NCBI RefSeq assembly: GCF_009914755.1
Contig: NC_060927.1
Reading direction: 5' to 3' (one strand)
Source: the human T2T-CHM13v2.0 reference genome, Homo sapiens
Length of the DNA stretch: 64,000 bases
The notes beneath the pieces are model-generated. The model was not told the DNA's origin. It saw only the letters and a list, made by a program, of their open reading frames with translations, and ran no database searches. The translations under genes were made by a program, and so were the position numbers. Every line of letters begins with the position of its first letter. Position 1 is the stretch's first letter. Below are positions 1 through 14,330 of this stretch, piece after piece.

Positions 1-338
<338 letters not shown>

Positions 339-651
339 TAAGAGAAGGAGATTTATTTGCCCATCTAATCTCCTTGTCACTGTCCAAAAGTTAGGTTCAC
401 CAGCCTATTTATGGACCCTTGGTTCTGTGGGCCTCAGTGTTCTGAAATGGAGTCACATGGTTGAAAACATGGCTGTTTTGGCAACAAAGAATGGGGGCAG
501 GACCATTTCCTTTAAAGGAGATTTGGGTTGGCCAAACATTGCTAACACTGGGTGAGTGTGTTAGGGCTGAAAAGGATGAAATAATGTAAATTGTGAGGAA
601 AAAAAATTCAAGCATTTATCAAGCGTAGCATTTATGTTCTATGTTGACGTT

Positions 652-1067
652 TGATACGGCTTGGATGTTTTTTCCCTCCAAATCATGTCAGAATGTGATC
701 TCCAGTGTTTGAAGTGGGGCCTAATGGGAGATACTCGATCACAGAGGTGAATCTCTTATGGGGGTTTAGTGCCATCCCCTTGGTAATGAGTGAGTTCTTC
801 CTCTGGGTTCACACGAGATCTGGTTGTTTAGAGAGTGTGGTACCTCTCCCCAAGCCTTGTTCCTCCTCTCGCCATATGACATGGTAGCTCCCTGTTGCCT
901 TCATTCATGATTATAAGCTTCCTGAGGCTCTCATCAGAAACTGACTGGATATTGACACCATGCTTCTTATATAGCCTGCATAGTCATGAGCCAATTTAAC
1001 CTCTTTTCTTTATAAATTACCCAGCCTCAGCTATTGTTCTATAGTGATGCAAAAATGGCCTAATGTA
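652..1067 (+). mobile_element. MST-family MaLR solo LTR
   Basis: tgatacggcttggatg...ataaattacccagcctcag...ctaatgta, with a perfect 5-bp TSD ACGTT (647-651 and 1068-1072). Confidence 0.88.
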
Positions 1068-2210
1068 ACGTTTTTGTGCTTTATCATGAAAAACTCTTGT
1101 CTTCTGTTGTTACCTTATTTCTTGTTTATTTAATGCTGTGTTCTCAGTTGTCAAGCCAGTATTGCACTTCAGATTATGGAAATGTATTCCCCCTTATGAA
1201 TGCTCTAGTGTTTGCTCCCAAGACAGCTTTTGCGACAACTTTTCCCACTGCCTTTAACATGTGGAGAAGATGTCCTTCTCGGATATTAATAAGACTTGAG
1301 TTTAGGCCTGGTTTTGCATATTAGAAAAGTTGAATTGTATTTCTGTTGGCCATTAGATAAGAAGGATTTTAGGGAAGGGGACTGTTTTTGTTTTTAAATT
1401 TGTGTCTCTTCCACATAGTTTTACAAAGAGTATCAAATAACATAGTGAATTTGATATCTCTAGGCAAAAGTGCAAGTGATATTTTTCAGTAGAATACATA
1501 TATATATAAACTCCTCAAGGTTGGGTATCATGGCTTTTTTACACTGCATACTACTTAGCATAAACTATTTTCTAGAGCAGCATGGGAGAAAAGCCATCCA
1601 CTCAAATCCATCATGAGAGTTACCCTATGAACATTGGTGTCATGGAAAATTAGACAAAGAGGAGTCAGTTATCAAGTTAGTGGGTTATTTGTAAGTCCTC
1701 CTCCCCTGGAGAAGGGTACATTTGGGGAGATAGATAGGTAAGGTTTTTGGAAAGCTAAACACTTCAACTGAATGACTGGGAAAGAGGATACACATCCCAA
1801 TAGGAATGCATTCATTTTTTCCCTAACTTACAACAGTTTGTATCTCATTCCATAAAATGACATTTCTATTAGATAAAATAGATCATATTTTCTGCAATTC
1901 TCACTACTGAATACGGCCTGTGTCCACTGAACATTACCAGGATCCGTTTGGTGAGGCTGCTCATATTACTATACAGCATGAGAGATTATATTAAATAGAA
2001 ATGTTACTGTCTTCATTTTTATTTTTATCCAAATACCTCTTAGCTATTATTTGGTGTGTCAATTGGTATTTTCATGGCATCATTAACCATATATATGACA
2101 TAATATAGGTTGTTTTTAAGGGAAATAAACTATAAATTCACTCAGTACCCACCCTTACTCCCCCTGCCCCACACACTTAAATGTTCATTGTGTTAGAAAT
2201 CCACTTAGAA

Positions 2211-2454
2211 AAGTCATTCTCAAAGTGAGAACACCTCACTTTGAGAATGACTCAGACCAGCACCATCACTGGGGATGTTGAGAACATCCCCATACCAGCG
2301 CCATCACTAGCACCTACGAACTTGGTAGAAATGTAAGTTCTTGGGCCTCACCCAAGATGTACAGATAAGAAACTGTGGCAGGTACAGCCTGGTAATCTAA
2401 GGTTTAATAAGTCCTCCTGGTGGTTCTGTATAGGCTAATGTTTGAAAAACACTG
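2211..2454 (+). mobile_element. MER5A (hAT-Charlie MITE), internally rearranged
   Basis: Terminal inverted repeats ttctcaaagtg...tttgaaaaacactg and core cttggtagaaatgtaagttcttgggcc. Confidence 0.8.
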
Positions 2455-2647
2455 ATCTAGGATTGTGTTCTTTATGGTTAATTCCTGGCACCCTTACACA
2501 TGTTCAGATGCATAGAAGCCCCATCTACTGAAGCCTCTCAGTAACTTAGTTTTACTTTTGATCAAAGTACTTTATAAAGTCACATACTCAATTGCCTGAC
2601 TATTAACAGAAGCATTTATTTTGAGACTATTGTCAAAGTAACAATTA

Positions 2648-2815
2648 AATAGCTAGCATTTATTGAATGCTTATTATGTGAATATTACTTGACATGCATA
2701 AACCTATTTAATTTTTACAACTGCATGAGGGACCCGAGAGCTCAGGTGAATTGTTGAAGGTCACAAAGCCAGCAATTGGGAGATACAGGTATTACAGCCT
2801 GACTCCAAAGCTTTC
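2648..2815 (-). mobile_element. MIR
   Basis: agcatttattgaatgcttattatgtg...aaggtcacaaagcc...ctgactccaaagc. Confidence 0.65.
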
Positions 2816-2980
2816 ACCAGTATTCTTTTTTATTAGGGATACTTTGAGGAAATTACTTAATACAAATGATTATAGACAAATAAATATTGATTGTTTCCCC
2901 AATTTCATCAAAGACAGATGATGGAAAAAAGATTGATCTAACTTACAACAAAATGATTACACTTTCAAGAGAAACTAGAT

Positions 2981-3750
2981 AGAAATAGTTTGGATATCTG
3001 TCCCCTCCAAATCTCATGTTGAAATTTAATCCCCAATATTTAGATGTGGCCTAGTGGGAGGTATTTAGGTCCCTCATGAATGGCTTGGTGCCTGTATGAG
3101 TCTGTTTTCACACTACTAATAAAGACATCCCCGAATCTGGGAAGAAAAAGAGGTTTAATTGGACTTATAGTTCCACATGGCTGGGGAGGCCTCAGAATCA
3201 TGGTAGGAGGTGAAGGGCACTTCTTACATGGCGGTGGTAAGAGAAAATGAGGGTGATGCAAAGCAGAAACCCCTGATAAAACCATCAGATCTCGTGAAAC
3301 TTTTTCACTACCATGAGAACAGTATGGAGGAAACTGCCCCCAAGATTCAAATTATCTCCCCCTTGTTCCTTCCCATAACACGGGGAGTTATGGGAGTACA
3401 ATTTAAGATGAGATTTGGATAGGGACACAGAGCAAAACTGTATCAGTGACCTCCCCATGGTACTGGTCATACAGAGTGAATTCTCTGTTAGTTCATAGGA
3501 CAGCTGATTGTTTAAAAGAGTATAGCACCTCTCCTCGCTCTCTCTTCCGCTCTCTCTCACCATATGACATGCTGCCTCCCATTACCTTCCTCCATGAGTA
3601 AACGCTTTCTGAGGCCCTCACCAGAAGCAGATGGCAGCTCCATGCTTCCTGTACAGCCTGCGGAACCATGAGCCAAATAAACCTCTTCTCTTTATAAATT
3701 ACCCAGCTTCAAGTTTTGCATTATAGCAATGCAAAACAGACTAACAAACA
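2981..3750 (+). mobile_element. MST-family MaLR LTR interrupted by a THE1 LTR
   Basis: 5' part tttggatatctgtcccctccaaatctcatgttgaaat; 3' part ataaattacccagc...gcaaaacagactaac. Confidence 0.85.
3093..3445 (-). mobile_element. THE1C-like solo LTR nested in the MST LTR
   Basis: tgtatgagtctgttttcac...aaactgtatca, with TSD gtgcc/gtgac. Confidence 0.9.
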
Positions 3751-4734
3751 TAGTGTGTTTTGTTACTTAAAAAGCACACACTTTCAAAATTCCTTTAGTT
3801 ATCACCATTTTCCCCCACTGATATTAGAAAGAAGAGAGTAATAAACATTACTGACCATAATAGAAAAAAAATACAGTGAAATTCCTGTTGTATTATTAAA
3901 TTTAAATGAAACTACCATTGAAAAGAAAAGTTGTATGTAAACACAATGTAATTTTTGTATTATTAGCCTCTTAGGTTTTACTAAATTAAGACAGTTTTAT
4001 ATTCCTAAGTTATCAGGGAAAGCTTTTCTAATTAATCACAAAAGGAAGCTCAAGCTTGGGTAGGGTCTGGGAACCTCTTTGTTTTCCATATGGGATCAGT
4101 GGTAAGACATTCCTTGAGCTCTGTGAAGCACAATTGAAAAAAATAGGATTATGTGGTTACTTTCTCAGGTCTGTAATTGAGCAGTCACATTCAAATTCCG
4201 GCTTTTTGAACTCACAATCTATAATGTGTCAGTATGGTTGTCTACCTCAGAGATTCTGAAGGTTGTTGAAGATTAGTTCATGGTCATGTATGTTTTGAGT
4301 ATGACGCTGGGCATTGGATCTAATTCTAGTATATAAACATCCAAGGGTGGAGACTGTTTCTTAATTAAATAGACCATTCCCCTTGGCCTTTTGTTTCCTT
4401 TAATATCCTGGATAAGATTTTCCTATGTAACAGTTTTTACTTGATGATTAAGTTTCTGATTTTTTTTTCATAGCACAGGACTTTTCAGTTAGTCCTGCTC
4501 CCCTACCTTGAAACCGAAATGAATACTGAACAAATAAATCGTTAACGTATTAGGCAAGATATGTTTATTTTCATCCCGTTTCACAATCATTAAGGCCATA
4601 GTTAGTTCAGGCAAAGATCATCTATGGACACTAAAACCACTGGGTGGGTGAAAGGTTTTTGACTAGTAGAATACTCACAGTGCCCCAAAGTATCACCTCA
4701 CAGATTATTTTTAATTTAAAAATCATGCAGTCAT

Positions 4735-5430
4735 GCTTAAAATGGTGAAATCTGGTACACACTACCTTAATCGAGTCATCAAACTCAGCATCACCAAGCA
4801 TGGGCCAAACTGACCCATGAGCTTCCTGATGGGATGCAGCAGAAGGGATGTGGCCTCACGCATGTGATATTCCTGCCTGACTTATTTAATCTGAATCCAG
4901 TCATCAAGAAAAACCAGATTGGTTGGACTTTTTATAAGACACCTGACCAGAATTATTTTAAAAGTTGGCTTTATAAAAATCAAAAATCAGCTAGGAGCCT
5001 GTTCTAAATTAAAAGAGAATAAAAAGACATATCATTTTATGATGTGATCCTTGGATTTGGGGTGGAAATTAACAGTAGATAAAAGAACACTACTGGCACC
5101 ACTAGTGAAATGTGAGTATGGGTGATATTAAATAATACTGTTTCTATGTTAAATTTCTCCAGTGTGAGAATGGTTTTGAAAAAATTAGAAATTCTTAGGA
5201 GATGCAAACTGAGGTGCATATGGGGGATGTCGGGGGGTGGTTTTGCAACATCTTACAGATGGTTCAATTGCAACAGCAAATCTAATTTATGTAGACAGAA
5301 AGCTAGTGTGATGAAATGGTGGCCACTGATGAATCTGGGTGAAGGATGGGTGAGTGGAGTTTATTTTAATAGTTGTTCAACTTCTCTGTGAATTTAAATT
5401 TTTTGGATATAAAGAATGAAAAAGTAAATA
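4735..5430 (+). mobile_element. Old L1 3' UTR fragment (L1MC/L1ME type)
   Basis: Motifs ctaccttaatcgagtcatcaaac, atgttaaatttc and gaatctgggtgaagg, ending in an A-rich tract. Confidence 0.65.
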
Positions 5431-5818
5431 AATACAAATGAATGCTCTTTCATAACCAATTGCTGGTACTCCTCGTCTATCACCTGTAGTTAGTGGGTTA
5501 GTGATAGTTGGCCTGAAATATGACCCATTCAAAATCAGACTGTTGATAATGGCCTAAGTTCATTTCATTCACACGCTGTACATTTTGGTTCTGGGCTATT
5601 TATTGGACTGTCTTTATGTACTTACAGTGGGGGAGTCATCATCCTATAATTCTGCTGACAGCACTTACTATGATTTGTCAAGTCATAATAAGTCCCAACT
5701 GTGGTTTGGTGAGCTTTTTATCACATATGTATTTAGATAATGCATAAAAATAAATATAAAAATAACATGTTCGAATGGTTTATTCATGGGATTTTTGTGG
5801 TCCTTGGTAAAGGGACGC

Positions 5819-6280
5819 TGTCAGTAGACACCTTTGGTGCCCCACCTCGCATCTTCCCCTCCCACCTTCGTGTACCAGCAGCTGCTACAGCGATCAGCTC
5901 TGCACAGGTGTGACCTGGTAGCACTTGGCTTCAACTGCAACACCTTTCACTCACTTTCTGTGCCGGGCCTTCTCTGCAACCATTTAACTTCTGAGACTTG
6001 TGAGACTTATTCACAACCAGGAGAACAGTATGGGGGAAAATGCCCCCGTGATTCAATTATCTCCCACACGGTCCTGCCCACAACACTTGGGGATTATGAG
6101 AACTACAATTCAAGATGAAATTTGGGTGGAGACTCAGCCAAACCATATCTCCTTCCTTCTCTGCTTAACTCCTTCTAGTCCCTCAGTACTGTTTCTCAGA
6201 ATTGATTCCCAAAATAAATGGCCAACATGCGAGCTTTTCTCACAGGCATTGTTTTTCTTGGCAGAACACAGACTAAGACG
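5819..6280 (+). mobile_element. LTR16-like ERVL LTR containing a THE1 fragment
   Basis: Starts tgtcagtagacacctttggtgcccc and ends cccaaaataaa...aacacagactaagac. Confidence 0.6.
5998..6150 (-). mobile_element. Truncated THE1 LTR fragment
   Basis: gtgagacttattcac...gagaacagtatggggg...gccaaaccatatc. Confidence 0.85.
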
Positions 6281-7227
6281 ATGTAATCTTTGAAATCTCT
6301 CTAGTGATGGTTAAAGAGTGTGGGGATTGTTATAATTACATTAACTACTTTATAAAAGTTTGTGGTGGTAACTAGAAAAAGCATTAGTCAGGAGAATCTT
6401 CCTTGTTGCTGGCATTGGGAAGGTCATTTACCAGTCAGGTAACTAGCACAGCTACAAAGATAGGGAGTTAGGAGAAAGACATGTTGGTAAGTCTATAGGA
6501 TTCTGTTGCTTGGTTATAGGACTTTGGATCCTGGTATCTACTATAAGGGATTGAGAGTAGCAAGATCCCCTAAATCGAAAGGTAAATGAATATCTACAGA
6601 TTCGTGGCAGGACTTGGGCAGGACAACAGTTATTTGAACTGAGATATAAAATTGAGACTCAAGAGTGAAAAAAAGGCCTATTCTAATTCATAATGGAATT
6701 GAAATGTAGGAGTAAAGCTACTATAGTATTTGCACAATCTTCTCCCCTCTCACCCCACGCTCCCCTGTTATCCAGTTTTTGTGCAAAATCACACAGCGTT
6801 AGACTGGAACTTGTGATAAATTGCATCAACCTAATTTGAGAAACTGAAAATAGGGAGCAGTCTGAACTTAGAGGGTAGGGAGAATAAGGACCCTGGAAAC
6901 TAATTGATGTCTTACAAGCACAGACTGGTTGCATATCATAATTACTTGTTTTATTGTGTAGTTCAGGGTAATTCTGTGACTTGTTGAGTCTCAGTGGTTA
7001 GATATTGCAGTGACTTCAGGCATAGTCAGTTGATGTACTTTCTGCTTCAGTAAAGTACAGATGTAGAAGACCTGATTAAATCCTGTCTCTTTACTAATAC
7101 CCCAAGGGAACACTTAATGAATGATGCTTCCCTCAAGAAGAAGAATAATTAACAATAGCTATATTATTCATATTAATTTATAGTTACTGGTTGCTATAAT
7201 TAATGCTATTTAGGAAAATCATCATAA

Positions 7228-7365
7228 TTATAGCACTTTACAACTTACAGAGTATTTTCCCATCCATTTTCTTATCTAAATCTTATAACATCACCCTGGC
7301 TTAGATAGAACATGTGATATTCTCTTCATTTTATAGATGAGAAAACTATGGCCCAGGGAAAGATT
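7228..7365 (-). mobile_element. MIR
   Basis: Core cattttatagatgagaaaactatggcccag. Confidence 0.65.
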
Positions 7366-8059
7366 TAAGCAGACAACACTCTACCACCCTTGCCAATATA
7401 TTGGACTATCTAAGAGTATGTGGAAATACACTTACCAAATTTATGTCTACTATAATATTTTATATCTGCGCACAAGAGGATCAACTTTACTCAGTTTTTA
7501 GTTGCATTCCAAAACAATAATGTCCTGTCTTTCCTTGTACCAGGACCCCCATTACCCAGAATGTTCACATGAATTTTAAATGTTAAATGGAATTTTTCTT
7601 AATAATACCACAGTGTTTCATAGTTATTACTGCCCTTTGATATAAACATGAAATCTCCTCTGATAGAGGGATTAGCACCTTGAAAACATCTGTTTCCAGT
7701 ATACAGACCTGCTGGCCTTAAACAGTTTAATCAGACTGGAAATTCAGACTCAGAAAAGTCTAAATTTCAACCAACCTGTCATGTCACTCTTTTTCTATTT
7801 TTGGCTATGACAAGAGAGTTGAAGAAAATCTATCAATTTCACAAGGCTAGCCTTCAAATCTGGGCCGTCCAGCTTGATGATACACACATAGTTACCAGTG
7901 TGAGCGTGTGTGTGCACACACAGATGGACACTGAACCTCTTTGGTTCCGTTTTTATATCAAATTCTAGAGTATCCACTGCTTATTGTTGTACTTCTAACT
8001 GTGTTTACCCAAAAGATAGTGCTATGAGAAAGGTTACTGCCTGTGTCACAGTCTGTCAT

Positions 8060-8340
8060 TATTCACTGATTTATTTATTCAAAAATACTTACTGAACACT
8101 TATTTGGGCTAGGTCTTGAAAGAGAGTCCAAGGAAACAGGAACAAAACAGACAAAGCTTCTCATGAAGCTTATATGTTCTAGGGGAGAGACTGAAAATAA
8201 ACAGAAAAATACACATGGTGGCAGATATTATTTAAAAATGGATTTAAAAGGGTAGGGGAATAACATGACGTGATGTAGAGGGGTCATAATAATACATCCA
8301 GAAGGAGAAAATCATAAGGTGGCTGTTTTAGATAATGTGA
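8060..8340 (-). mobile_element. L2 3' end
   Basis: attcactgatttatttattcaaaaatacttactgaacac...ctcatgaagcttat. Confidence 0.6.
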
Positions 8341-8347
8341 TAATATG

Positions 8348-8349
<2 letters not shown>

Positions 8350-8387
<38 letters not shown>

Positions 8388-8489
8388 ATGTGTGTGTGTA
8401 TGTGTGTGTACGTGTGTGTATGTGTGTATATATATATGTTTGAGACATATATATGTGTGTGTGTGTATATATACATATATGTATGTATG
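8350..8489. repeat. Compound (TA)n/(TG)n microsatellite
   Basis: Directly visible; it sits where the Alu tail should be. Confidence 0.95.
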
Positions 8490-8786
<297 letters not shown>

Positions 8787-10019
8787 TAAAGAGGGCTCAC
8801 AAACAAGGAAGCCAACTGCCTCTTGAAGTAGGTTTGGCTCCAAGGACCTGGGCCACAACTTCATAGACAGTTGATGTTACTGTGCTTGAGAGAGATCAGG
8901 CCCAGGAAGGATTAACTCAAGCTGACTAAGTTCCCAAAAGAATGACCAAAACACCAGATCCCTTTATGTTTCTTTTACACAGATAGTTAAATAAGCTCCA
9001 AGACTCAGGTAAGGTGGTTTGGTGAGTAAGCTACTAGGGCATACGGAACTAGTGGTCTTCACAGGCCATTACCCTTTACGCTTGCTTCAACATATTCACT
9101 AAAACGACAGATTGACTTCAAGGGTTATAAGATTTAGTGCTAGCCTGTCATGGCACGCTACTTGTTGTTGTTACTGAAGATATTCTAGTTTCTTGGTTGG
9201 TTAATGCTTTTTCTAAACTCTTTTGCAGACACTAGATACTCTCTTGATATTTTACGTCCTTAGACAAGTCCAGTAGAATTGATTAGATTATTGTAACTTT
9301 CCACTATTGTATTGCCATTGAGTCTTGCTGAAGATACACTTTGGTCTCTTAATGAAGTTTTAAGAGCTTCTTCCATATTCATATATGATCATTATTAAAT
9401 TGTCACTTTAAAAGGTTATTTTTTTACTTCACCCTGCCTCCAAATACTAGGGTCATCTCACTTTATAAGTCCTTGTTTTTAACTCCAGACAGATTCTTTG
9501 CTTCTTTTTCCCAAACCTGATCATAATTCCTGGAAACACCCTGTGTCGATGTTGTTGTCCTCTACTCTCCTGTTGATTCTGACTGCGGGTAATACGAGGT
9601 TCTGACATAGGAAATCCGGAGATCCTGACTTCATTGTCCATGCTCACTGCCACATGCTTCCCCTGCAGCCCCTTGGCAGAACCCTAAGAGGTCTCTTTCC
9701 AGTTCATGTTCTAGGTGCATCTCTTGGGTCTTGCCATCTCTCACACACATGCATACCTAATACCCCCTGGACCTGAGACTTCCAAGCACTGGCATGCTCC
9801 AATGTCTTCAAGTGCTGATTCCTCTTTCTGGAATGTCCGTGTTCCTTCCCTGCTCCTTGCTACTCCAATAAATATTATTCTAGGCAGTGGTGTCTAAACA
9901 CCAAGTGCTTGTGAGCTCTCTTCAGCTGGTTCTGTTCTTTAGGTGCAGGAATGGAGACATTTATTTTCCTTTACTTGTATACTTATTTTAAACAACAACA
10001 ACGACAAAACTGCTAAATA

Positions 10020-10125
10020 AGTGTGTGACCTGAGAAAAATCATCTTTTATTTTTCAGTTTTCATATCTGTCATAAAGTGATAATTCTATCTCAGCCTACC
10101 TCACTGAGATTTTATGAAAGCTTAA
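10020..10125 (+). mobile_element. MIR fragment
   Basis: gtgtgacctgag...cagttttcatatctgt...cctacctcac. Confidence 0.5.
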
Positions 10126-10246
10126 TTAAAAAAAAAAGAGGTGCAGAAAAACTTGGACAAAGCCACATTATAACTTGAGAAATTTGAACTTATAATGATA
10201 TCAAGGGAAATTTCCTTTGTTAACATGTCTGTGTTGCTTCCAACAG

Positions 10247-10369
10247 GGGAATCCCGGAGGCAAGACACTTGAGGAGAGGCGCTCCAGCCTGGACGCTGAG
10301 ATTGACTCCTTGACCAGCATCTTGGCTGACCTTGAGTGCAGCTCCCCCTATAAGCCTCGGCCTCCACAG
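10247..10369 (+). CDS. LPP: LPP internal coding exon (approx. residues 103-143), includes the leucine-rich NES
   Basis: Acceptor ...gtgttgcttccaacAG|GGG and donor CAG|GTTAGT. The 123 nt (41 codons) translate to GNPGGKTLEERRSSLDAEIDSLTSILADLECSSPYKPRPPQ, which I recognise as human LPP. Confidence 0.97.
10289..10324 (+). other. LPP: Codons for the LPP nuclear export signal LDAEIDSLTSIL
   Basis: Direct translation. This CRM1-type NES is described in LPP and related to those of TRIP6 and zyxin. Confidence 0.85.
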
Positions 10370-10374
10370 GTTAG

Positions 10375-10831
<457 letters not shown>

Positions 10832-11785
10832 CTTTTATTCTTTCTTGATCTTCTTAGAGTCAATGATTTAAGTTGCCTTTTTATTTAATATCAACATGTA
10901 TTAGTCAACTGGCAGAAATTTCTTAAATTGACTCTTTGAGTACTTTCTTTAAAAATAACACAACATCATACAAAAATGTTATATAAAAAAGTAAATCTCT
11001 TATTCCATTGCCTTGCTCTTCTTACAGCTTTGTCTATATGGATATTTTGTTACATGTTGTTATAGTTTTCACAAATATGACTTAGCTTGGCTATGTAAGG
11101 TTAAGGTGAAGGGCTGTGTCTTTTGCAAGGAAATTAGTTTTGTTGGATATTAAGGTGATTTTCATTATTTTTGTCATGGTTTTAAATAATGCTACAGGGG
11201 ACATATTTGTGTATATTTTCTTTGGGGTTATTTCCTGGCCTCAGATTTCTAGGAGTGGGGTTGCTACATTGATGAATGAGACCACTTTATTTACTTTTCT
11301 TTCCTAAGGTTGTGAATAGTTGATACTGGTACCACCAGTTAGTTTGAATATATCAGTTTCTCCTCAAGTTCACTAGAATGTGATGGTTGCAATTAATCTG
11401 TGTTTTGTAAGTGCAAATGGTGCCTTGTTAGTTTTTCTTTGCTTTTTAATTTTTTTATTTTTGCCTACTTTGGAGCTTGGCTATTTTTCAGCATCTTCAC
11501 TTAATATCTGCATTCCAGAAGCTGATCTTCCACTGCTAGTGATCATTCCCTGCCTCTCTAAAGTCTTGAAAGGGTTGTGGCAAATCTGTTTCAGGGCTTC
11601 CAATTCCTCAGAAGACAGCCATCAGAATTGTAGTTGCAAACGCTAGAGAAGCAGTATTGTCACTGTGCTGTTTGACTCTTGCGTGACATTTGTTTGACTA
11701 AGTGAGAGTGCATAGAGCCTCTGAGCCTCACTCCAGTTCTTGAGTGGCAGCTTCTGTATTTACAGTGGTTCCTTTCTTAAATTAA

Positions 11786-12156
<371 letters not shown>

Positions 12157-12715
12157 GCTGTCTTCTTTAGATACATTCCCTGTACCTTTTCTTAACATAT
12201 AATGGAATTGTTAGCCATGTGGGATTCATGGCAAAATATACTACCACTTAGCTCTTCCTCACTGACCCTGCTCTTGGCTCTATCCATCCTGTGAGCAGTA
12301 AAAATATACTTTGTCCCTGTAAATGTGTACTGAACTCATCTGTAGAAGGCACTGTGGTCTTTTGGGGGAACCGATGAGGCAAAAAAAGTGGATAGTTGAG
12401 AGGAAGAGAAATAGGACTCTGTTGTAATCTTCTAATAGCCTGTAATGTTATATGTGAGGATATGGCCTATACTGCAGGAGCACAAAGAAGATAGTGATAT
12501 ATTCTTCTGAAGGTGACACAGTCTGATAATTCTTATCAAAAGACTTGCATTTTCATCTGGAGGGGTGAGTGGAATTGTATCGTTCGAGACAGCAGCAGGG
12601 AGTAGCCTGAGCCACAGGGCTGCAAGCAAGCACCAAGGCTGCATTTAGAGATCTGTAAGCAACCAGATGGCTGCAGATGAAGCCTTTGAAGGCTTGTAGT
12701 AGAATATAGGTCTGG

Positions 12716-12937
12716 GACCAGCCTGGCCAACATGGTGAAACCCCATCTCTACTAAAAATACAAAAAATAGCTGTGCGTGGTGGCGCCCGCCTGTAATCCC
12801 AGCTATTCGGGAAGCTGAGGCAGGAGAATCGTTTGAACCCGGGAGGCGGAGGTTTCAGTGAGCCAAGATCACGCCACTGTGCTCCAGCCTGGGGACAGAG
12901 GGAGACTCCATCTGAAAAAAAAAAAAAAAAAAAAGAG
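12716..12937 (+). mobile_element. 5'-truncated Alu
   Basis: Starts gaccagcctggccaacatgg and ends in an A tail. 15-bp TSD agaatata(g/a)gtctgg at 12701-12715 and 12938-12952. Confidence 0.95.
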
Positions 12938-13318
12938 AGAATATAAGTCTGGTAGTTTCCTACAGACAGCGTGTAGACACGTTTAAATGCCAGATTATGA
13001 TTTTAATCTGTCTTTTGTAGATAATGGGATTATTTGAAGGTTCTCAATCAGGGAAATCTAAAATTCATTCTGAAAAAGGAACATAGGAAATAAGACCAAC
13101 TCTAGAATGATGCAGGAAATGAGCCCAGGTCAGAAAAATGTTCTCCAGCAAGCCACTCTTCATACTTTCTGACCATTGCTTGATGTTCAGCAATTTTTTT
13201 TGATTCCACCCAAGCAAATGCCCCAAATCTCATCTCATATCTGAAGACAGGAAGGCCACTGACTTTGCCACTGGACTCAGCAGTATCATGCCCAAATGCT
13301 TTTTTGTGCTCCCTTTCC

Positions 13319-13891
<573 letters not shown>

Positions 13892-14149
13892 CCTCCCCGC
13901 CCCCCAGCTTTTTTTTTAAACGGAGCTTTCATTTAAATCTTTTTTTTCCTCCCCTAAATCCTTATAACCTAATAGACACTGAGGAGATCATGCTTTGAGG
14001 TCTATTGTTTAATACAACCTTTATTCTTGAAGGCTGTGTCTATACATGCCTCTCATAAACCATTGCATTTTAATAGGTTTATTCTGCAGCTACGTTTTGT
14101 TTGAGGAATCTTTCTGAGCACACAAATTCATCATCACTGATATTTGGAC

Positions 14150-14330
14150 AGTACTGATTGTGAAGCACTTTCACATATATTCTCACTTGAGTGAGATATA
14201 GATATCTCAGTTCTGAGATGTGCGTGATGTGCTCCTTTCAGGGATGATGAAACTAAGACTCACCAAGAAGATTAATGGTTTCTCCTTGGCCATATGTTTG
14301 AGCACCGCGTGAGCACAACTGGACTTTGAA
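14150..14330 (-). mobile_element. MIR (diverged)
   Basis: gaagcactttcacatatattctca...gatgatgaaactaagactca. Confidence 0.55.

Noticed and set aside
509-518. CArG box CCTTTAAAGG (LPP is an SRF/myocardin target)
   Set aside because: Several CC(A/T)6GG matches are expected by chance in 64 kb, and there is no supporting context.
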